Notes: generated by a model from the sequence alone, not told the origin. DNA of 60,274 nt, filler included, from Nitrospirae bacterium CG2_30_53_67 (GCA_001873285.1; 4 parts of 4 records of this genome joined end to end with filler, not necessarily neighbours in it); one strand, 5' to 3'; positions 50,750 through 60,210 are shown, counted from the first letter of the whole stretch. Program-made: numbers and translations.

Positions 50750-52177
50750 TTAATATCCGTCTTTTCTGAGGCTCTGCAAAAATGAAAGGGCCTCTTCCCG
50801 GGACCGGATGACCCGGTCGATCTGCAGCATCCGGACCTGGTCTATGACCTTGCCCACGGCCGGACCTGGCGGAAGAGAAAGGATTTCCATGATTTCCCTG
50901 CCGCTCACGAGTTTCTCGGGCCGGAGGAGTCTTTCTCCTCCCTCCGTATAAGTATTCAGCAGGGCCTCTCCTATGGATATGGTCTTTTGCTCCATTTCAC
51001 GGAACCCCTTGCCCCGTGCCGCCCGCCGATCCGACAAGGAGAGGAGCACATGCAAGGGGAGATCGGAACCGAGCTTATGGATGATCCTTCGGAGGGCCTT
51101 ATCGGTTGCGCCCGAGTGAATCAGACCGAGTCCCAGGACGTGGAACCGGATCAGCCGCGAAACCCGATCCGCACGGCCTCCGGAAAAGCAAAGGCGTTTC
51201 ATGACCTCCATAGCCATCCCGGCGCCGATCTTCTCGTGACCATAAAAATGGGGGACCCCCTGGGAGTTTAGGGTGAGGCTTTGGGCCTTCCCGATGTCAT
51301 GGAGGAGGGCGGCATAAAAAAGGACCATCCGATCCTCCGGATTCAGCTTAAAGCAAAACTGAAAGGGGTTATCCTTCGGCCCTCCGGCCGTCAGATCCAA
51401 AAGGCTCTCTGTCTCTCGCACCGTATTCAGGGTATGCTCGAAGGCATCAAGGTGGTGGTAAGGACCCTGGTCCAGGCCGAAAAGGGGGAGGAACTCAGGG
51501 AGGACAACCCGCAGCAACCCGAGATCCTGCATCAGACGGAGACCCTTCGAGGCTCGGCCCGACGCCATGATCCGGTCCATCTCCTCCCGGACCCTTTCGT
51601 GAGCGGACTCGAAGATCCGCTCCGGGCGCATCCGGATCTCTGATGCGGTCGAAAGTGAAAGCCGAAAACCTTTAAGCACGGTCGTAAGCCGCGCCGCCCT
51701 CAGCATCCGGATCGGGTCTGCATTGAAAACAGAGGGAGAGACCATGCGCACGATCCGGTTCGAGAGGTCCCTGCCTCCACCAAGCAGATCGAGAAACTTC
51801 AGATCCCTAAAGGAGAAGGCCATGGTGTTGATGGTAAAATCCCGGCGGCTGAGTTCCTGTTCAAGCCCCTCCGGAACTTGGGGGGCCATATCCACGGTAT
51901 AATCCCGGCCGACGATCCGGCAGTTCGGCGGGTCCCCGTGCCCCATGACAAAAAAGGAGGCTCCCCATTTCCCGGAGAGCCTCTCTGCAAACATCCTGAC
52001 GTCCCCCTGGAGAACAAAATCATAATCCCTGGATGCCGTTCCGATGAGCCTGTCCCGGATCCATCCTCCGACCAGAAAGATAGGAAACGCAAACGCCTCC
52101 GCGGCCCTTACCGCGTCACGGATGATAGGGTCCTCATCGATAAATCCGACGAGATCTGAGATCTCTTGTTCTCGCAT
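50750..52177 (-). CDS. tRNA nucleotidyltransferase family with HD domain (probably CC-adding)
   Basis: VGGWIRD..DYD, RRDFTIN, DPIRMLR, ERVREE, HH..EHT, LHDIGK. Confidence 0.85.
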   Translation of the reverse strand: MREQEISDLVGFIDEDPIIRDAVRAAEAFAFPIFLVGGWIRDRLIGTASRDYDFVLQGDVRMFAERLSGKWGASFFVMGHGDPPNCRIVGRDYTVDMAPQVPEGLEQELSRRDFTINTMAFSFRDLKFLDLLGGGRDLSNRIVRMVSPSVFNADPIRMLRAARLTTVLKGFRLSLSTASEIRMRPERIFESAHERVREEMDRIMASGRASKGLRLMQDLGLLRVVLPEFLPLFGLDQGPYHHLDAFEHTLNTVRETESLLDLTAGGPKDNPFQFCFKLNPEDRMVLFYAALLHDIGKAQSLTLNSQGVPHFYGHEKIGAGMAMEVMKRLCFSGGRADRVSRLIRFHVLGLGLIHSGATDKALRRIIHKLGSDLPLHVLLSLSDRRAARGKGFREMEQKTISIGEALLNTYTEGGERLLRPEKLVSGREIMEILSLPPGPAVGKVIDQVRMLQIDRVIRSREEALSFLQSLRKDGY

Positions 52178-52186
52178 GGACAGGAC

Positions 52187-52516
52187 TTATTTTTTCTTTT
52201 TTCTTTTTGCCGGCAAGACCTCCTGGATCCACTCCAGGGCCGCAATGGTCGAAGGGAATCCGACCGTGGTCATGCCGAGAAGGACCGCATGGCGAACCTC
52301 CTCAGGGGACGCGCCGATCTGCAGGGCCCGGCGCGCATGGGACTTGACGGCGCCCTCGGAACAAAGGCCCACGGCCACCCCCAGCTTGACCAGACGGCGG
52401 GTCTTCTCATCCAGCGGGCCATGTTCATGGCATGCCTTGGCAAATCCCGAATAGGCCTTGCTCACTTCGGGGAAATCCTTGACGAATCGTTTGTAGGGCG
52501 CGGGAAGATGGGGCAT
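52187..52516 (-). CDS. Carboxymuconolactone decarboxylase family protein
   Basis: GPLDEKTRRLV, SHARRAL..GASPEEV, GFP. Confidence 0.88.
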   Translation of the reverse strand: MPHLPAPYKRFVKDFPEVSKAYSGFAKACHEHGPLDEKTRRLVKLGVAVGLCSEGAVKSHARRALQIGASPEEVRHAVLLGMTTVGFPSTIAALEWIQEVLPAKRKKKK

Positions 52517-52592
52517 GGCAGGCTCCTTTGAAAAAAAGTTAAAAACAGTATGTATCACAGATACGGCCATTGTCAAGCTCTACACAGCCGGC

Positions 52593-52750
52593 GGGTCTGC
52601 GACTAAAATGCCTGTCCTCCGACTGGACAATCCACCCTTCGACAGGCTCAGGGTGACAATTGTCATGGTAAGCTTGTCGAACCATGGATTCCCCGATCGA
52701 GCCTGCCCTCGACTGTGATCGGGGGTCGGGGAATGACGCTCTGAGAGGAA
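52593..52750. mobile_element. MITE family A copy lacking right TIR
   Basis: GGGTCTGCGACTAAAATGCCTGTCCTCCGA...CCCTTCGACAGGCTCAGGGTGACAATTGTCATGGT...GGGGAATGACGCTCT matches 13494-13655. Confidence 0.8.
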
Positions 52751-52900
52751 TTGAGGTCAGACACCGTTTTAATAGGTGTCTGACACCAATTCCAGACACC
52801 AATTCCACAGAATGAATCATTGACCTTAAAAAATGATTTGAAAACGCCGCTCTTTCATGTAAAATAATTTTTTTACTTATTGATAACCAAGGAATTGAAC

Positions 52901-54217
52901 ATGGCCGTCATCGAACCGTTCAGCGGGATCCGCTACAACCCGGCGAAGGTGGGCGATCTCAACCGGGTCGTGGCCCCTCCGTATGATATTATTTCGGAAA
53001 GGCTGCAGGAAGATCTCTATCGGAGCCACCCCAACAATGTAATCAGGCTGGAGCTCAACCGGGAGAAACCCCAGGACAGCGAAAAGGAAAACCGTTATAC
53101 GCGGTCCGCAGCGTATTTCAAGGATTGGTTTGATCAGGGGATATTGATCCGGGAAGATCGGCCGGTTATCTACAGCTACTTCATGGATTACAGGACATCC
53201 GAAGGGGAAGCAAAAACCCTCAAGGGATTTCTCTGCCGGCTGCGTCTGGAAACATTCGACACCGGCGTGGTCCTCCCGCATGAAAATACCCTTTCGGGCC
53301 CCAAGGCGGACCGGCTCCGTCTCATGGAGGCGTGCCATATCAATTTTTCCCCGATTTTTTCACTATACTCCAATCCGGCGAGAGTCATCCCGCCGATCCT
53401 CGATGAAACGTCAAAATCCGAACCCCTGATCCACGTAACCGACCCGGACGGTGTGCGCCATCGGGTCTGGGCCATTCCGGACCCGGATGCAATTCAGAAA
53501 ATCCGGAAGGTCCTATCCGACCGGCCCATTTTCATTGCCGACGGGCATCACCGGTATGAGACCGCCCTGACCTACAGGAACGCCATGAGAGAGAAGACCG
53601 GGAGCCATGACGGCTGCCAGGGGTTTGACTATGTGATGACCTACATCGCCAACATGGAAGAACCGGGACTGACCATTTATCCCACCCATCGTCTGATCGA
53701 TCACCTGGAGGGCTTTGAGCTCAACCGCTACATCGAGAAGGCCGGGGCCTATTTCGAGATTCAAACCTTCCCGTTTCAGCGCAAGAAAGATTTTTTTCAG
53801 GCGCTTTTGACCCTCGGCGGCAAGAGGCCCGCCTTCGGCCTCTACACCATCGAGAGCGATGATCTTTTCCTCCTCTGCCTCAAAAACCATGAGAAGATCC
53901 GCCCCCTGTTCCGGCCGGATCTTTCTGCTGCATTGCGGGAACTGGACGTTTCGATCCTTCATACGGTCCTTCTCAATCATTTCCTGGGGATTGGAGAGGA
54001 GGCGTTGGAAGCCCAGTCCCACGTCCGGTACGTGAAAGACCGTGAGGATGCCATCCATTCGATCAACGACCGAGACGCTCAGATGACCTTCCTGATGAAC
54101 CCAACCCGTGTGGACCAGCTCCGGGAGGTCTCCCTCCAGAGGGAGAAGATGCCGCAGAAGTCCACCTACTTCTATCCCAAACTCCTAACCGGCCTGGTGA
54201 TGAACAGCCTGGAATAA
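52901..54217 (+). CDS. DUF1015 family protein
   Basis: APPYDII, LPHENT, FIADGHHRYETA, PTHR, KMPQKSTYFYPKL. Confidence 0.92.
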   Translation: MAVIEPFSGIRYNPAKVGDLNRVVAPPYDIISERLQEDLYRSHPNNVIRLELNREKPQDSEKENRYTRSAAYFKDWFDQGILIREDRPVIYSYFMDYRTSEGEAKTLKGFLCRLRLETFDTGVVLPHENTLSGPKADRLRLMEACHINFSPIFSLYSNPARVIPPILDETSKSEPLIHVTDPDGVRHRVWAIPDPDAIQKIRKVLSDRPIFIADGHHRYETALTYRNAMREKTGSHDGCQGFDYVMTYIANMEEPGLTIYPTHRLIDHLEGFELNRYIEKAGAYFEIQTFPFQRKKDFFQALLTLGGKRPAFGLYTIESDDLFLLCLKNHEKIRPLFRPDLSAALRELDVSILHTVLLNHFLGIGEEALEAQSHVRYVKDREDAIHSINDRDAQMTFLMNPTRVDQLREVSLQREKMPQKSTYFYPKLLTGLVMNSLE

Positions 54218-54297
54218 GCGGCCGAAAGCATAAACCGGCACTTTTATCTTGAAAAGATATGGGCTGTAATGGTATAAGAGATCTGTGGTAAGGGAGA

Positions 54298-55011
54298 ATG
54301 ACTGATCAGGAGGAGGAAGAGATGTTCAACCCGGCTGAGGAATTGAAAAGACCGATGGCGGATACAGGATGGACCGTCAAGGCGCTGATCGGCGCCGCTT
54401 TCTGCCTCTCTTTTTTCTGGCACATGCACGCGGTCTTGAAAGTGATCCTCTTTCCGCTCACCTTTTTCTCCATGGGGTACGTCTACCGGATCTTCGTCAA
54501 TCACTTCAGAGGAAATGAGATCGAGAAACTCCCTGAATGGAAGGACTGGAAGGAGCTCTTTTTAAAAGGGCTGGTCATTTCCTTGATTGCTCTCGGATAC
54601 TTAATCATTCCTATTTTCAGCTACCAGGTATCCAAAGACATCTTTGAAGGAGGTTTTTTTGCCAAGACCTTGGTGGGGCCCGTATTCATAGCCGTCACGG
54701 CGCTTCTCTTTGTCGCAGCCATCTTCCTGCTCCCCATGGGGGCCGCCCAGTACACCAAAGATGAAAAGTTCTCATCGGCCTTTGCGGTCAAGGAAAGCTG
54801 GGACAAGATCATGAACATCGGCGACGAGTATTTCAAGATCACTCTCCTTGGCATCGGCGTTATGATCCTGCTCTACGTGATCGGGTTCATCTCCTACCTC
54901 GGCCCGATCCTCAACGCCCTGATCGGTTTTTACGCCGGGCTGGTCTTCGCCTCACTCTTCGGGCAGGTCTGCAGAGAGGCGTATGGAGAGCAAGAGACCG
55001 CTGCGTTATAG
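54298..55011 (+). CDS. DUF4013-like membrane protein
   Basis: MGYVYRI...LPEWKDWKELFLKG and several TM segments. Confidence 0.75.
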   Translation: MTDQEEEEMFNPAEELKRPMADTGWTVKALIGAAFCLSFFWHMHAVLKVILFPLTFFSMGYVYRIFVNHFRGNEIEKLPEWKDWKELFLKGLVISLIALGYLIIPIFSYQVSKDIFEGGFFAKTLVGPVFIAVTALLFVAAIFLLPMGAAQYTKDEKFSSAFAVKESWDKIMNIGDEYFKITLLGIGVMILLYVIGFISYLGPILNALIGFYAGLVFASLFGQVCREAYGEQETAAL

Positions 55012-55073
55012 CCGTAAATCAAATAGAGACCAAATTCAAATGGCCGGATACGGATTCCAATCATGAGATCAAG

Positions 55074-55493
55074 ATGAAAGAGAAAATTCAAAAAATCTTC
55101 TCGGCAGAACTTGTTCATAAAAAGCTGACGGAAGCATTCCATGTTAAATTTGTCGTGCTCTTCGGCAGTATGGCATCCGGCGCCATCAAGCAGGATAGTG
55201 ATGTTGACTTGGGAATTTTTTTCGAAAAAAAGCTGGCCAAAAAGCAAGAGAAAGAATTTGTAAAATACCTCAAAAATCTGCTCCAGGTTGATCGGCTCGA
55301 TGCCGTCTGCCTCAATGACGCCTCCTGTTCCCTGCGATACGAATTAACCCAAAACGGCATCCTTCTCTATGAACATCATGAAGACGACTATCTCTCCTTC
55401 TGTATCCGGACTTTTAAACAATTCGAAGAAATGAATTTCTTAAACCGGCATTATTATGAAATGAAGATCCAGGAATTAAAAGAGGTCGGCTGA
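55074..55493 (+). CDS. MNT nucleotidyltransferase antitoxin (MntA-like)
   Basis: FGSMASGAIKQDSDVD = GSx10DxD. Confidence 0.9.
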   Translation: MKEKIQKIFSAELVHKKLTEAFHVKFVVLFGSMASGAIKQDSDVDLGIFFEKKLAKKQEKEFVKYLKNLLQVDRLDAVCLNDASCSLRYELTQNGILLYEHHEDDYLSFCIRTFKQFEEMNFLNRHYYEMKIQELKEVG

Positions 55494-55909
55494 TGCTTAA
55501 CCGCGGCCTGATTCTGAAAAAGCTGGACTCTCTCCGGGGATATCTCAAAGAACTCGAAACATTCAAAGATCTCTCCTTCGAAGAATACCGAGGCAAGATC
55601 TCAAACCGGCGGTCTGTGGAACGTCTTATTCAACTGCTCGTAGAATGCGCATCCGATATCAATGCACACATCCTGGCAAAGAAAGAAAAAATCGCTGTGG
55701 AGGATTACCGATCCTCTTTTTTGCTCATGAGTGAAAAGGGCCTGCTGAATAAAGATCTTTCCGAAGGACTTTCAAAAGCAGCCGGAATGAGGAACATCCT
55801 TGTACATGAATATGAAAGAATTGACGACCAGATTGTCTTTGATACGATCCTCCTCTCACTCTCTGCATTCAACAAATATATGAAAGAGATTCTTGACCTC
55901 CTGAAATAA
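55493..55909 (+). CDS. HEPN/DUF86 toxin (HepT-like)
   Basis: RNILVHEY = Rx4HxY; coupled to MNT gene. Confidence 0.9.
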   Translation: MLNRGLILKKLDSLRGYLKELETFKDLSFEEYRGKISNRRSVERLIQLLVECASDINAHILAKKEKIAVEDYRSSFLLMSEKGLLNKDLSEGLSKAAGMRNILVHEYERIDDQIVFDTILLSLSAFNKYMKEILDLLK

Positions 55910-55911
55910 TT

Positions 55912-56045
55912 TATCATGCCCGATAAACTTGTCCCCGCATGCATTCAGCGGGGAGCGGACATCCGGTAATACTATGAAAGACCTGGATTCCCGCCTACGC
56001 GGGAATGACGGCATGAGAACAGAAAAACACTTTTTCAACAGCCCC
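55912..56045. repeat. REP-like/MITE remnant between convergent genes
   Basis: GGATTCCCGCCTACGCGGGAATGAC hairpin and IS-like end TTTTTCAACAGCCCC. Confidence 0.55.
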
Positions 56046-56048
56046 TAT

Positions 56049-57503
56049 TCATCCGCTGATAAAGGCGTCCTTGAGGAGCCGGCTCTGTCTCTCGAAGGCC
56101 TGCCTGGGATCGGCCGGATCCTTCATCAAGGCGATCTCCTGTGTGATGAGCCGCGCAATATGCATGGTGTGGGTCTTGAGGCTATGGGCCTCTCTCCGGT
56201 AGAGGGGATGGTCCCGGTTGATATAGATGATGGTCCCTTCGGTAAAGCACTCGGGCCCGTCCGGCCCGAATTGATCCAGACAGCACGTGACACCCACATG
56301 ATTCATCCTGACCTTCTGCACGACCGCGTCGGGCGTCAGTCTCTTCACGGACGGGATCACAGGCCTTGGCTTTTTCTCTTTCCGTTCCCTCTTTTTCGGC
56401 GTCTCTGTTTCTCCTTTCCCGTCCTCTCGCCCTTTCCTCACGGCCCCGGCCTCGCCGAGCGGGCCCGTATCCGACCCCTCGGGCAGGACCCCAAACGGAG
56501 AGAATTCCGGATTCCGGGTCAGGGCCTGTTGAATCCGGTCCAGGGCTTCACGAAGCGCCCGCTTGACCCGCTGATTCTCCTTACGCCCTGAAAGAGAGTT
56601 CAGAACCTTACGGATATCCGATACCACCTTCTCCATGACTGCATAAAACTCCCGGTACTCCTCGGAATCCACACGGAACCCGGACCGATCGCTCGTCACC
56701 GGAAGGAAATCCGCATGGACCTCACCCCGCACACGCGCAATCTCCTTGCCCCAGGATTCCATGCCGAAGAGCTCCCTCCTCACGGTCACGTTTCTGACCT
56801 TGCACTCAATGCCGAAATCCCGGTCATGGCTCTGGGAGACCGGCAGGATCACCACCTCGCCGTGAATCACACCAAACCGAGTCCCTTCAAGGAACGGAAT
56901 CCTGTGCCCCGAGTATTTCCGCGGCGTCACACGATTGCCGTTGAGAAAAACCTCGAAATCCGGCGCCTGGATAGGCACGGATTCAATGATGGTCTTCTCC
57001 ACCTCCGTCAGATCGAAGGTCCTGGAGAGGTTTTCAAGAACCACGGTGGTCCCGTCGTCGCGAGCCGGGACCGGGCTCAGGATCTCCAAAGGAAGATCCC
57101 AGTGGTCCGCATTCCGTTCCCACTCCTCCTTGTCGAAAATCACCCGCGCGGCAAAATCCCCTCTTTTTGTCTCCACCACAAACCGGGAACAGGCCGACAG
57201 GCTCGCGAACTTGCCGATGCCGAATTGGCCGATTCTCTCCCTCTGAAATTTCTCAGAACGGCTGCGAATTCTCTTTTCTCTGGACCCGATATTAAAATAC
57301 TGTCTCAGACCCTCAAGATCCATGCCCGTTCCGTCGTCCCGGACCGTGATATTCTTCTCCCCGATCTCCACATGGACCTGGGCTGCATCCGCATCGTAGG
57401 CATTATTGATCAGTTCCCGGATCAGCTCGATGCTCCGCGCATAAAGCTGTTCCCCGATGGTGATGAGATGGCTTTTGTCTACCGTAATGGCAATATGATC
57501 CAT
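56049..57503 (-). CDS. GHKL ATPase, prokaryotic MORC-type (HATPase_c_3)
   Basis: ELINNAYDADA, DDGTGM, GQFGIGK, GTTV; S5-like region (VTSDRSGF); C-terminal INRDHPLY. Confidence 0.85.
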   Translation of the reverse strand: MDHIAITVDKSHLITIGEQLYARSIELIRELINNAYDADAAQVHVEIGEKNITVRDDGTGMDLEGLRQYFNIGSREKRIRSRSEKFQRERIGQFGIGKFASLSACSRFVVETKRGDFAARVIFDKEEWERNADHWDLPLEILSPVPARDDGTTVVLENLSRTFDLTEVEKTIIESVPIQAPDFEVFLNGNRVTPRKYSGHRIPFLEGTRFGVIHGEVVILPVSQSHDRDFGIECKVRNVTVRRELFGMESWGKEIARVRGEVHADFLPVTSDRSGFRVDSEEYREFYAVMEKVVSDIRKVLNSLSGRKENQRVKRALREALDRIQQALTRNPEFSPFGVLPEGSDTGPLGEAGAVRKGREDGKGETETPKKRERKEKKPRPVIPSVKRLTPDAVVQKVRMNHVGVTCCLDQFGPDGPECFTEGTIIYINRDHPLYRREAHSLKTHTMHIARLITQEIALMKDPADPRQAFERQSRLLKDAFISG

Positions 57504-57943
57504 GCCGGCCGCCCCGTTTCCCCGAAAAGACTCGATCCCATACTGGGATTAAATAAATATATCAAAATCCAACTCTCTTCGATAACAAAAAATAGCAAGA
57601 AACGCCGATCGAACTTAATCTATGAAACTCTTAACGAGATTGATCAATTCCCGGTAGAGCGGTTCTGATTCCGTAACAAACCGCTTGATTTGCTTAAAAC
57701 GGATATCCAAATACTCATTCCAAGAAGTCGGTGATTCTGATCAGCCTGTGTTTATCCGTATCTGTGAGCGAGAGTGACCGCTGTTTTATCTCCTAAAAAT
57801 CACGTCGGCAGGAATAGCATTCCCTGCAATTTTAATTCTGACTATAGCAACCTGCCGGACTTCTGTCAAGATACGCGGAATTTCAGGGACGTTCGGTCCG
57901 TGAAATTGTGAAATTCTCGGTACAGATAGAATATTTAAATTTA

Positions 57944-58080
57944 ACTGTTCACTTAAGGATAATCGGTCACGAATTTTGTCATTCCCGCAACGATTCTGAG
58001 CGGGAATCTGGTTTAAACTGCCTGAAAAACCATATCCCCGATAGGGGCATTCGGGGATGACTTCATCTTAGCTGAACGGT
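57944..58080. repeat. Small IR-bounded element carrying REP-like hairpins
   Basis: ACTGTTCACTTAAG vs CTTAGCTGAACGGT; inner GTCATTCCCGC..GCGGGAATC and TCCCCGA..TCGGGGATGAC. Confidence 0.55.
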
Positions 58081-58084
58081 ATTG

Positions 58085-58393
58085 GGGCTTGATCGGACAA
58101 TCCAGAGAGTCTTCCTGGATCCCCCGATCGAGTCGGGGGATGACACCCGGAGCCGGGGATGACGGCGCCTTGTCATTGCCCGGCTTGCCCTCGGTTTACC
58201 GGTGCCTTGTCATTGTCCGACTTGCCCTCGGTTTACCGATGCCTTGTCATTGTCCGACTTGATCGGACAATCCAGAGACTCTTGCCTGGATCCCCCGATC
58301 GAGTCGGGGGATGACACCCGGAGCCGGGGATGACGGTGCCTTGTCATTGCCCGGCTTGCCCTCGGTTTACCGGGGCTTGACCGGGCAATCCAG
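58085..58393. repeat. Tandem array of REP-like modules
   Basis: ~115-bp unit at 58088 and 58258; 37-bp subunit GCCTTGTCATTGYCCGRCTTGCCCTCGGTTTACCG at 58167, 58204, 58241 (partial), 58338. Confidence 0.85.
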
Positions 58394-58509
58394 TTTCTTT
58401 GTCTTGAATCCACCGGAGAAAAGGAATAAGAGCACACAGGCAATCTTCTGGGATAACGGACGACCCTTGAAATGAGGAATTTCTCGGCCTTTTTCTCCTT
58501 GCTTTCTCA

Positions 58510-58674
58510 GTCGAAGTCATTATCAGCTACGATGAATGGAAGGAAATCGAGCAGATGCTCAAATCAGGCCGCCAAGGCATGACGAGGGAAAAGCTGAAAG
58601 CCTACGCCGGCGCCGTGCATCTTGAGGAAGAACCTATAGAATACCAAAGGCGGGTGCGGAATGAGTGGAAATAA
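58510..58674 (+). pseudogene. 5'-truncated VapB-like antitoxin
   Basis: VEVIISYDEWKEIE...EEPIEYQRRVRNEWK*, no convincing start upstream; overlaps PIN gene start. Confidence 0.55.
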
Positions 58675-58857
58675 ATTCCTCCTTGACACGAACATTCTTC
58701 TCTATGTCATAGGGAAGAAAATAGATATCCTTATCAATTGAAACTTCCTAATGCCATCATCTTGGCAACGGCTTCTCACCTCGACGCAACCTTAATCACG
58801 AATGACATTGGACTTCAGCACGTCAAGGGAGTCAGCGTGCAGTCAATCCCGGTGTAG
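58661..58857 (+). pseudogene. VapC/PIN toxin with internal deletion
   Basis: MSGNKFLLDTNILLY... joined out of frame to YQLKLPNAIILATASHLDATLITND...; middle of domain missing. Confidence 0.8.
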
Positions 58858-59102
58858 CTTCAGGACTCATTTTACCTCCGGCAAAGCCGGAGGCTTGATG
58901 TTTGCATGACCCTCAAAGGGTCCTAATCGCAAACGGTTAAAAACACCCTCCCCTTCATCCCCTCCTCTATGAGCCGTTGGCCCCGAGCCATAGGCCATCA
59001 AGGGAGGGGAAACTCACTGGCAGAGCCGGGGGGTTACCTAAATGCAATTAGAAACTATTAGGGTCATGGCCCCAAGATAATGACCCCTTTGTCTCATATC
59101 CT

Positions 59103-59495
59103 AATCCGAAAAAGGTCTATGTAATCGATACGGGACTTCTGGGAGCCATGTCCTTCCAAATGACCGAGGATCGGGGGGCACGCCTGGAGAATCTCGTCTA
59201 TATGCATCTTCGCAGGGAGGGCTTTGCGCCGGAATACTATATCACCAAGAAGGGGAATGAAGTTGATTTTGTTCTGAGGCCGGAATCACGAGGAGAACGT
59301 CAGTTGATACAGGTCTGCTGGAATCTAAAAGACCCGAAAACAAAACAGCGGGAAGTGGATGGACTGCGCTCTGCCATGGATGAATTGCAATTGAAACGGG
59401 GAACCATCGTCACCTGGCTGGATGAGGAGGCATTCGATGAGTCCATTGATATCATTCCTGCCTGGAAGTGGTTCTTGTCAAATCCATCAAGATAA
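59103..59495 (+). pseudogene. C-terminal fragment of AAA_14/DUF4143 ATPase
   Basis: NPKKVYVIDTGL, LENLV, EVDFV, LIQVCW; ATPase domain absent. Confidence 0.8.
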
Positions 59496-59509
59496 AATCC
59501 GTCAATCAA

Positions 59510-59977
59510 TCACGCGCTCTTAGCACGGACAATCAAATCAACTTCACAATCGAGAACATTTAGCAGAGTAAGCATTTGGTCAATGGACTTGCGATAATTA
59601 GTCTGATCAAGCAGCCGGTAAAACTGCGTTGCCGAGGTTCCTAAACGACGTATAATCTCGCGTTTACTTAAAGAACTTTTTTTTACACGATTCTGAGCCT
59701 CAAGAGTGAGCTTATAGAGGAGAGTATCTCTCATATAAGCAGGATCTTGGTTATACTCAAGAACCTGCTCCACATGAACAGTCCCTTCTCGTCCGGACTC
59801 AAGCATATATGTAAACCCTTCTCGTCCCAGTTCAGCATCAACAAGAGCCCGCACCACCTTGTCTTCCGATGTCGGCGCGGCATCAAGCCTGGCATATGGA
59901 AACCAAAAACCATTGGACTTAATTTTCACCAGAAAACCTTTTCTCCGATTGTTGAAGCTCACAGAGCTAATCTTCAT
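59510..59977 (-). CDS. Putative antitoxin with C-terminal XRE-like HTH
   Basis: LSKREIIRRLGTSATQFYRLLD HTH; ATGA-coupled to DUF4160-like gene. Confidence 0.7.
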   Translation of the reverse strand: MKISSVSFNNRRKGFLVKIKSNGFWFPYARLDAAPTSEDKVVRALVDAELGREGFTYMLESGREGTVHVEQVLEYNQDPAYMRDTLLYKLTLEAQNRVKKSSLSKREIIRRLGTSATQFYRLLDQTNYRKSIDQMLTLLNVLDCEVDLIVRAKSA

Positions 59978-60168
59978 ATCAACCCCTCAGACAGCAATTC
60001 ACGGATCAGTTCGATCACCTTGCGAGACGGTTTACCTTTCATCGGCATCTCGTTTTCCAGGTCCCATTTGACGACGAGCTTTCCGTCTTTGTAGACATGC
60101 ACATGCCGAGGCCCATGGTCACCTGCCCAAGTGAAAAAGACGAACCCGCCTCGTCGCACCTTTCCCAT
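59974..60168 (-). CDS. DUF4160-like small protein, putative toxin
   Basis: 64 aa with DHGPRHVHV motif. Confidence 0.75.
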   Translation of the reverse strand: MGKVRRGGFVFFTWAGDHGPRHVHVYKDGKLVVKWDLENEMPMKGKPSRKVIELIRELLSEGLI

Positions 60169-60173
60169 AAAAT

Positions 60174-60202
60174 ATGTTACCCTTGGAGGTATCGCTTGTC
60201 AA
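60174..60202 (-). promoter_or_regulatory. Sigma70 promoter, probably leaderless transcript
   Basis: TTGACA-17-TAACAT, ATG 5 nt after the -10, no RBS; TACC-N6-GGTA palindrome in spacer. Confidence 0.6.
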
Positions 60203-60210
60203 GTAAAAAT

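Noticed and set aside
52755..52807. GTCAGACACC...GGTGTCTGACACC repeats as an operator for DUF1015
   Set aside because: They abut the broken family A MITE and look like another REP-type remnant; no evidence for regulation.
58085..58393. 37-bp repeats as a CRISPR array
   Set aside because: Units are directly tandem with no unique spacers, share sequence with dispersed REP-like elements, and no cas genes are present.
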